Assembly (NCBI GenBank): GCA_951406725.2
Contig: OX597843.1
Coordinates: 11,098,001 to 11,162,000 of the forward strand
DNA length: 64,000 nt
Source of the DNA: Octopus vulgaris
Lineage: Eukaryota
Direction of reading: 5' to 3'
Shown here: one piece after another, positions 55,588-64,000 of the stretch
Layout: each line of letters starts with the position of its first letter
Position numbering within the stretch: the first letter of the stretch is position 1
Translations under genes and position numbers: made by a program
The notes under the pieces: model-generated
What the model was told of the DNA's origin: nothing
Databases searched by the model: none
The model's input: the letters and a program-made list of their open reading frames with translations, nothing else

Positions 55588-55627
<40 letters not shown>

Positions 55628-55630
<3 letters not shown>

Positions 55631-55750
55631 AATTTCAATGGATTTCGCCCAAATTTGACATCAAAGTTACTTATTTTGGTTTGAAATAAAGAACTTGATA
55701 TACTTAATAATCCTAACTTAATCCCAGGCAAAGCCAGGTTATACTGCTAG
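55628..55750 (+). mobile_element. Helitron 3' end fragment
   Basis: cccaggcaaagccaggtt hairpin-like segment then ctgCTAG|T. Confidence 0.55.
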
Positions 55751-55761
55751 TATATATATAA

Positions 55762-55866
<105 letters not shown>

Positions 55867-55983
55867 CATACATATATATATATATATACACACATATATA
55901 TATATATACACATACATATATATATATATATACATACATATATATATATACATACATATATATATATACATACATATATATAT

Positions 55984-56030
<47 letters not shown>

Positions 56031-56039
56031 CATACATAG

Positions 56040-56106
<67 letters not shown>

Positions 56107-56179
56107 CATACATAGATATATATATATACATACATAGATATATATATATACATACATAGATATATATATATACATACAT

Positions 56180-56214
<35 letters not shown>

Positions 56215-57276
56215 CATAGATATATATATATATACATATATGCAAACATATACATGCTTAGATATATATATATATATATATATTAATAAATGAAATAAAA
56301 CATATGCATATATATAAACATATATGTACGTACCTACCTCTACATGTACATATACACGCATATATGAGTACAGGACACCAAAAAGGACGTCGAACACAAT
56401 GAAAAACGAAAACATAGACACAAACCAAAGGAACTGGACATTTTTTTAAAAACAACAAAAAATGGAGTACAGGACAATTAACACAACGAAAAAACCCCTT
56501 CTTCAGTTGCTAAGGTTTCATCTACTCTACGTTTCGAAGGATAAAAGCGAGACGTATCTTCGACAAGAAACTTTCCTTTCTGCAAAAAGCAAATCAATTA
56601 AAATTCTGAGATCTTTTCGCAGAGGGGTAAAAAATGGTAAAAAAATGGTAAAAAAACAGGACAGTAACGACAGTACAAAAATATAAACAGTAAGAAAATA
56701 AACAGTAAAAAAATATATAACAGTAAAAGACAGGACAGGGAAAAACAAGATAAGAAGGGCTGTTGACGCCGAACGAAAAAAGTATTGCAAACGCAGAATT
56801 TTTTGTGAACGACAGGAGAGCAGGAAGAATGTCGTCCAGTTACCTTGAAAGCCAGGCCAAAAAAGACAGTCAGGGCGGAAGTATTGTCGCGGGTGGACGA
56901 CGGGAAGGGGGGAGGAGGAGCAAGAGGAAGGGAGAGAAGAAAGGGAATGGCTGCGAGGAGACCATGAAGAATGGTGAGGGGTAGAGAGAGAGCGAAGAAT
57001 GAGAGAGAGAGGAAGAGACAAGTTAAGTGGGGGAAAAAGAAAATCAAAGAATAGGGATGGGACAGAAAGGTGAAGAGTGCGCGTCAGAGTTAATATCAAG
57101 ACAAAAACTTGATATACAGAACAATCTTACTTAAGAGGGTGCGTGCGTTTAGTCATATAATATATTAATAAATGAAATAAAACATATGCATATATATAAA
57201 CATATATGTACGTACCTACCTCTACATGTACATATACACGCACATATATATATATAAAATTATTCCCTAATATTTA

Positions 57277-57317
<41 letters not shown>

Positions 57318-57409
57318 GTTATACATATATATTTGTATATATATATATATTTATGTATATGTATATACATAAATATATATACACATATATATATACATAT
57401 GTATATCCA

Positions 57410-57443
<34 letters not shown>

Positions 57444-57961
57444 CATACACATATATATGTGTGCATGCATTTATATACAAACATTATACTTTTACATAAA
57501 TACTTTCAAAGATATAGTTTACTTCCTGTCATGCCATCCCCAAAAACTGGTGACGCAGTTGACGGTCAGAGAAGGGGGCGGTGTCAGCAAATTGGTAACA
57601 TCCAGTTCTTATGTCTAGGGTACACTCCTGATATTTACCTCTTTAAAATGTCGTAAAAAAAAAAAATAAGGGAAGTGCCTCTTGCTCAGCTCCATAAGTC
57701 CAACAACAGCACCAGCTGTACTCATAGAACTGTACTCAAGCCCTTTTGCCTTCCAAAGTACAGTCAATCTTTTAAGGTCTAATGCCAGAAGGGGTTTCTC
57801 ATGATTTTGCAGAATCTTCTTTCACTTCTATTTGTTATCCATCAGCACCCCCCCCCCATGCGCCCTCAATGCCAGCACACACACACACACACACCCTGTA
57901 CTAGTTGATGCCAGCCCCTACTCTCACTCCACCCAGTTGATGCCAGCACCTGAATTCTCTC

Positions 57962-59155
57962 TCTATCCGCTCAGTCAAAGTCGACTCTCGGTCACTCGTT
58001 GGATCAGTGTCCTCCAGTCAGTTCTATCCTGGGCCACTTCTTTCAGATTGGCTATGTCCATTCCGGCATCACTCTTGATGGTGTCAAGCCAGCGGGTTCT
58101 TGGTCGGCCTCTTCCTCTCTTGCCACTGACCATTCCGAGCATGATGTCCTTCTCCAGGGATTTTCTCCACATAATATGACCAAAATATGCCAATCTATGC
58201 TTGGTGACCCTAGCTTCTAGCGACATTTTCGGCCTGATCTGCTTAAGAACTTCTCCATTGGTGAGCCTCGCTGTCCATGGAATCCGTAAAAGTCTTCTCC
58301 AACACCAAAGCTCGAATGCATTAATTCTCTTCAGGTCAGCTTTCTTTAGTGTCCATATATATATATATACACATATATATACACACATATATATTTCTAT
58401 CTATCTATCTGTCCGCTCAGTCGAAGTTGACTCTCGGTCACTCGTTGGATCAGTGTCCTCCAGTCAGTTCTATCCTGGGCCGCTTCTTTCAGATTGGCTA
58501 TGTCCATTCCGGTATCCCTCTTGATGGTGTCAGGCCAGCGGGTTCTTGGTCGGCCTCTTCCTCTCTTGCCACTGACCATTCCGAGCATGATGTCCTTCTC
58601 CAGGGATTTTCTCCGCATAATATGACCAAAATATGCCAATCTACGCTTGGTGATCCCAGCTTCTAGCGACATTTTCGGCCTGATCTGCTTAAGAACTTCT
58701 CCATTGGTGAGCCTCGCTGTCCATGGAATCCGTAAAAGTCTTCTCCAACACCAAAGCTCGAATGCATTAATTCTCTTCAGGTCAGCTTTCTTTAGTGTCC
58801 ATATATATATATATACACATATATATACACACATATATATTTCTATCTATCTATCTGTCCGCTCAGTCGAAGTTGACTCTCGGTCACTCGTTGGATCAGT
58901 GTCCTCCAGTCAGTTCTATCCTGGGCCGCTTCTTTCAGATTGGCTATGTCCATTCCGGTATCCCTCTTGATGGTGTCAGGCCAGCGGGTTCTTGGTCGGC
59001 CTCTTCCTCTCTTGCCACTGACCATTCCGAGCATGATGTCCTTCTCCAGGGATTTTCTCCGCATAATATGACCAAAATATGCCAATCTACGCTTGGTGAT
59101 CCCAGCTTCTAGCGACATTTTCGACCTAATCTGCTGAAGAACTTCTCCAATGCCA
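57962..59155 (-). mobile_element. RTE-clade LINE 3' fragment in tandem (446-bp unit, ~2.7 copies)
   Basis: AFELWCWRRLLRIPWT...LAYFGHIM...GKRGRGRPRTRW repeated; ORFs offset by 446 bp. Confidence 0.9.
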
Positions 59156-59640
59156 AAACATCTCTGCTTAAACATCTCACATTTTGCTCAACTCTGTAGT
59201 ATCTAATCCAGCCATATCTGGCACAAATACACTACTTGTTTTTGTTACAACCTATCAGATCCAACCTCTCACACCTACCCAACAATCTTTTATTTTTCTG
59301 CCTTTAGCCCTCCAACGTGGAGTATAGGCCACTTATAGTTGAATTCCATGTCACCTAATTTTTCGCTTCTGTACTTATACTCTTGCCATGAATGTCCCCC
59401 TTTCTCTAGTTCCTTTTGTGTTGATCTCCGCCACGAGTTCTTAGGCCTACCTCTCCTTCTATATCCATAACTTTTGTATTATTCTCTCAAATTACACCAA
59501 AATCTCAGACAATAACAATTAATATCGTATTTATTGTCTGTGAAAATTATAGAATATAAAACAACTTTGATAAAAACTTATACCTACTTTTCTGGCGAAA
59601 ACAATACCGTTCTGAACATTTTGGCCGCAACTGTATATAT

Positions 59641-60165
59641 GTATGTATGAGCCAATGAGGGAGACCTCTACAAGGTAGCTAGACCTGGTAGAAATAGCAG
59701 CCAAATCTCCCTCAAATCACACCATACTGTCTTATATATTTATATATATGTATGTATGAGCCAATGAGGGAGACCTCTACATGGTAGCTAGACCTGGTAG
59801 AAATAGCAGACAAACCTCACTCAAATCACACCATACTGCCTTATATATCTATATATATGTATGTATGGACCAAAGAGGGGGACCTCTACTTTGTAGCTAG
59901 ACCTGGTAGAAATAGCAGACAAACTTCACTCAAATCACACCATACTGCCTTATATATCTATATATATGTATGTATGGACCAATGAGGGGGACCTCTACTT
60001 GGTAGCTAGACCTGACAGAAATAGCCACCAAATCTCCCTCAAATCACACCCTACTGTCTTATGTATGTATATATGTATGAGCTAATGGGGGAGACCTCTA
60101 CATGGTAGCTAGGCCTGGTAGAAATAGCAGCCAAATCTCCCTTAAATCATACCCTACCGTCTTGT
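59641..60165. repeat. ~109-bp tandem repeat (~5 units) derived from a dispersed repeat
   Basis: gaaatagcagccaaatctccctcaaatcacacc in each unit; single dispersed copies near 43910 and 63315. Confidence 0.9.
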
Positions 60166-60214
60166 TTTTGTATGTATATATCTTCAGAAATGTAAACAAA
60201 GTCACGTGTGTACA

Positions 60215-60381
60215 TATACCGAAGCATCGCCACATACCCTAACCCTAGCCCTAACACAAACCCTAACCCTAACAGAAACCCTAACCTTAACCCTAACCCT
60301 CCATATATTAAAAAAAAACCTTTTTTGTAATGTATCTGGTACTTCCGGAAGTACACCGGTACTTATACCGTAAGATCGCCA
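60215..60381. repeat. Degenerate (CCCTAA)n tract ending in a MITE-like terminus aagatcgcc
   Basis: 60237-60300 telomere-like hexamers; terminus matches end of the 62829-63251 MITE. Confidence 0.55.
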
Positions 60382-60478
60382 AAAAAATTATTTATTTTGT
60401 GTTTTATTTACTTTGCAAGGTAGTCGTTGTAGGATCGCCAAGTCACAACTTCATTGCGCTTGTGTATTCACGAATGAG

Positions 60479-61285
60479 TCAATTACCTTCATAAGTAGAT
60501 GGGACAACAGTAACACTTGTTTTTAGGTTCCCTCCTATTTCATTTTCTTTGTATAATTCTGTTGTGTTCTCAGCATCATGTTCAGGAAATAATCTCCTAT
60601 ATGTTTGTTCAGCATACTTCCTTAAATGTTGTTTCGTTAAAAAATAGAAAAGGTCCAGAAATCGACTCACCTTTAAATTTCTTTGGGTTATGTAAATACC
60701 TCAAGAGAGTCAAGGTTTCCACATTTCTTCTCTTATTATATCTATGCATAAGTCTTTCACGAAGATTCAGAGCCAAAAGGTTGCCGACGATATTAAGTTT
60801 ATTCAATAAAGATTCTATAGGATATTCTGCTTTCAGTAAACCCGAATCATCAGCGCAAACGGCCTTCAAAATAATTTCTACTGAATGCAGAATTTCATAT
60901 AGTAAATGGAGAGATTTCCATTCTTCGTCAGCGATGGGCATCTGTGGAAAGTTCTGCTCGTAGAGCATTTGGAATGCAGCTTTTCAATTCCCAAAAATCT
61001 CTCAATCATATGGAATGTGCCATTACACCGAGTTCTGCAATCCAGTATAAGTTTATATTCTCTGCTATCAAAGTTCGCTCGTACAAAATCTTGCAAAATT
61101 TCATTTTTTGTAGGAGATTTACGGAAAAGTTTTGAACTTTTTCTTACCTTATTTAAAACTTTGCTAAATTCAGGTTTTAGCTGGGGAAAACAAGTATTTT
61201 CGTGAGCCAAATCTGTTTGACAAAGTATGTCTTGTTGGCTTATGTCAGCTTCGTCATCACTGTCGTCTGTTATGGCGATCTCTTC
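60479..61285 (-). pseudogene. Frameshifted hAT-superfamily transposase fragment
   Basis: LILDCRTRCNGTFHMIERFL matches the hAT D..TRWNS...M..RF motif; continues in other frames with EEWKSL...LLRYLHNP. Confidence 0.8.
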
Positions 61286-61299
61286 ACTTTTTTTTTTTA

Positions 61300-63290
61300 T
61301 CAAAGTTCTGTTTCGTATAAAATATTTTGTTAATAACACCATACAAATTATTTCTATTTTTTACACCTTATGCAGAATTCATTTCTCTTTCGAATAATGC
61401 CGACAATAACTATTTTTATATAACTTGAAGAATTCTAATGCTAAATTAATATAAACGTTTCAAATTTACTGGCGAAATTGGTTTAAGACTGTATCATTAT
61501 AATTTTATTTAAAGCTTAAGATTGTAGCAAAAATGAACAACAAGAACGAAATACATATTAGTACTTTGTCCCGTAGCCTTTATTCTTAACAACGGCCGAA
61601 CAACGCCTCGGCATTGAATTCGCTGATTACAAAATTCTATGGGAATGTTTTGCCATATTTCATTGATATAATCGAATTGTTTTAGATTAGATAGTTTTTA
61701 ACATGGACTTTTTTGGAAACATAATTCCACAAGTTCTCGATCGGATTCAGGTCCGGACTCTGGGGAGGCCATTCGATTATGTCAATATTATGGTGATCAA
61801 AAAATTGCATAACCTTTTTGGCTTTGCGCACAGGACTATTGTCCTGCTGATAAATAGCCCCCGGAGGCATTTGGTGAATCAAATATGGCACAACATTATG
61901 CTTTAGTAGATTCGTATAACCTACACTATTTAGCTTTCCATTAACTTTAACTAGAGGGCCAACACCAAAGCTACTAAATGCCGCCCACACCATTACACCC
62001 CTCCTCCCGCTTGCGCCGTCATTTTCACGGATTTCAGATGGAATTCCTTGGTTGGGCGACATCTTATGTATGTTTTACCATCTGATCCAAATATACAGAA
62101 GCATGACTCGTCACTCCAAAGGACCCAGCACCAATCTTCGGCAGTCCACTGAGCATGGCTATTTGTGAAATTAAGACGTTTGAGTCGATTTCTTTCGGAT
62201 ATTATTGGCTTTTTTCTAGCGATTCGTCCATGTAGTCCAAATTCTCTCAAACGGTTGCGGACGGTTTGTGGTGTAAAAATAACACCATTCTCGTTGGTGT
62301 CAACGGCTGTCAGCATTTGGTTGCCTTCCAAATGTCGTTTTTCTTGGGGTGCCAGTCCTTTGCCGATCTTTATATTGACCAGTCTCCGATTATAACTTTC
62401 ATGCTTGCACACAAGCCATTTTCCTGCACTTTAGTTGCTTGCTGATGTTCGAAATGGAATCTTTTTGCTGGTGGAGTTATACGATTTTTGCTCTCATGAC
62501 TGGACTGGGGCTACATTGTTTTCCCATTATTAATTAACTAATTATTTTAATAACGTTAAATCATAACACAATATAGTGCAGTTAGGCTAGTTGTGTGACC
62601 ACCCATTTTGGCAAAAAAAATTTGCATACATATTACATAGTCTTAAACTAATTTTGCCGGTAAATTTGAAACGTTTACATTAATTTAGCCTTAGAATTCT
62701 TCCAGTTGTATAAAAAGGGTTATTGTCTGCATCATTCGAAAGAGAAATAAATTCTGCATAGTGTGCAAGAGATAAAAATAATTTGTATGGTGTTAATAAC
62801 AAAATATTTTGTAAGAAATAGAACTTTTGGCAATCTTTCGTCTCTAGTAGACCTTTCCGTCGATTTCCGTAAAAAATTTATTTTTTTTACATATGGGCTT
62901 GCGGGAACTTTTGAAGTAATGAGAGCGAAAGAGACTAAGAGAAAGCAATTGTATAACGAGGGAAGTTCTTTTGAAGTTACCGTGCATGGCAAGCATTGAT
63001 GTACATGTGTGTGTGTGTGTGTTTGATGGGGTGTGGGAGACAGACAGTATGTTGTGTAAGTGAAGTGCTTCTGTTAGTGTGTGTGAAGAGACAGAGTAAT
63101 GTGTGAAAGAAAGAGATAACTGAAATTTTTTACTCGGTGTATGTGTATATGTATGTATATTACTTCAAAAGTTCCCGCAAGCCCATATGTAAAAAGAAAA
63201 AATTTTTTTACGGAAATCGACGGAAAGGTCTACTAGAGACGAAAGATCGCCGAACTTTTATCATCGGTCTTAAATTTATTGTCGCCAGTG
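61300..63290 (-). mobile_element. Tc1 (DD34E) element of IR/DR type with frameshifted transposase (~61570-62530)
   Basis: VLWSDES, VMVWAAFS, YQQDN, WPPQSPDLNPIENLW; ~190-bp inverted repeats 61301-61492 and 62638-62828; outer end ...gtcgccagtg|TA at 63290. Confidence 0.9.
62829..63251. mobile_element. MITE with GG termini, ~90-bp TIRs and 8-bp TSD inserted in the Tc1 TIR
   Basis: TSD gaactttt at 62821-62828 and 63252-63259; ends ggcaatctttcgtctctag/ctagagacgaaagatcgcc. Confidence 0.9.
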
Positions 63291-63770
63291 TACATATATA
63301 CATACATAAGGCAATAGGGTGTGATTTGAGGGAGATTTGTCTGCTATTTCTAGCAGGTCTAGCTACTAGATATAGGCCTCTTTGGGGTGTTTATGGGTGG
63401 CTAACATGATGTTGACGTCTGTTGAGATGAGTAAGATCTTTGTATCCTATTTAACCTTCCGTTCATCCAGCTGTACGGTCCATCCACCCTGGCACCCTGC
63501 CTGCATTCACAAAGCAGGGTTAACAAGTCCCATTCCGCCCTTTGCATAAATAAACAAGGAGACAAACCCACTGGAAAGCGTCTGAGAAGTAAAACAAAGA
63601 AAAGAAAAGGGCGAAACAGGCCTACGCAGAACCTTTCTAGAAACTGGATTGAGGGTATCGAATGCGTTGCGTGAGGCGGTGGGGAGTGGGTGGTGGGGGA
63701 GTGGGGTGGGGTGGGGGTGGGGGGACCGAGGGAGAGGTTCTTGCTTTTGTGGTGCTGCTGTATTATCATT

Positions 63771-63966
63771 CATGTTGTCATCATCATCATTGTCGTTGTT
63801 GTCGTCGTCGACGTCGTCATCGTCATCATCATCATCATCATCATCACAATCATTATCATCGTCATCATCATCATTGTCGTCGTCGTCATCATCATCGTCA
63901 TCGTCGTCGTCGACGTCGTCATCGTCATCATCATCATCATCATCACAATCATTATCGTCGTCATCG

Positions 63967-64000
<34 letters not shown>
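63771..64000. repeat. (CAT)n/(CGT)n compound microsatellite
   Basis: Direct reading. Confidence 0.95.

Larger units (their letters stand above)
54628..55590. mobile_element. Penelope-like relic with ~255-bp inverted repeat, (TA)n-flanked
   Basis: ~54750-55010 is reverse complement of ~55330-55589; HHR in each arm. Confidence 0.8.

Noticed and set aside
56527-57099. 190-aa minus-strand ORF as Penelope GIY-YIG end
   Set aside because: Low-complexity pyrimidine-rich translation with no GIY-YIG or RT motif
60237-60300. CCCTAA repeats as telomere or fusion scar
   Set aside because: Short, degenerate and associated with MITE-like termini, as at 27769-27808
60609-61342. hAT-like ORFs as domesticated ZBED-type gene
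   Set aside because: Frameshifted, truncated, and conserved W of TRW mutated

Overview
This is AT-rich, microsatellite-saturated eukaryotic DNA whose repeat repertoire matches an octopus (coleoid cephalopod) intron or intergenic region; the species assignment is inferred from SINE families. I recognise no host protein-coding exon, and nearly all supplied ORFs are microsatellite or SINE read-throughs. The window holds many tRNA-derived SINEs (CORE-like, Nin/Deu-domain, V/Meta-like) and 5'-truncated non-LTR fragments (RTE, CR1, Tx1/L1, R4/Dong). It also holds mariner, Tc1 (IR/DR) and hAT relics, two GG-ended MITEs with 8-bp TSDs, non-autonomous Helitrons and local tandem arrays. The most notable signal is a dense set of about 15-20 type I hammerhead-ribozyme (HHR) motifs from about 10 unrelated short non-coding families. 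Most sit in (TA)n tracts, often inside fold-back units typical of Penelope-like element ends. They have palindromic stem III segments and natural core variants, including a G3:C8 swap and U4C, and one lies downstream of a tRNA-like Pol III head. All structures were parsed by eye and ribozyme activity is untested.
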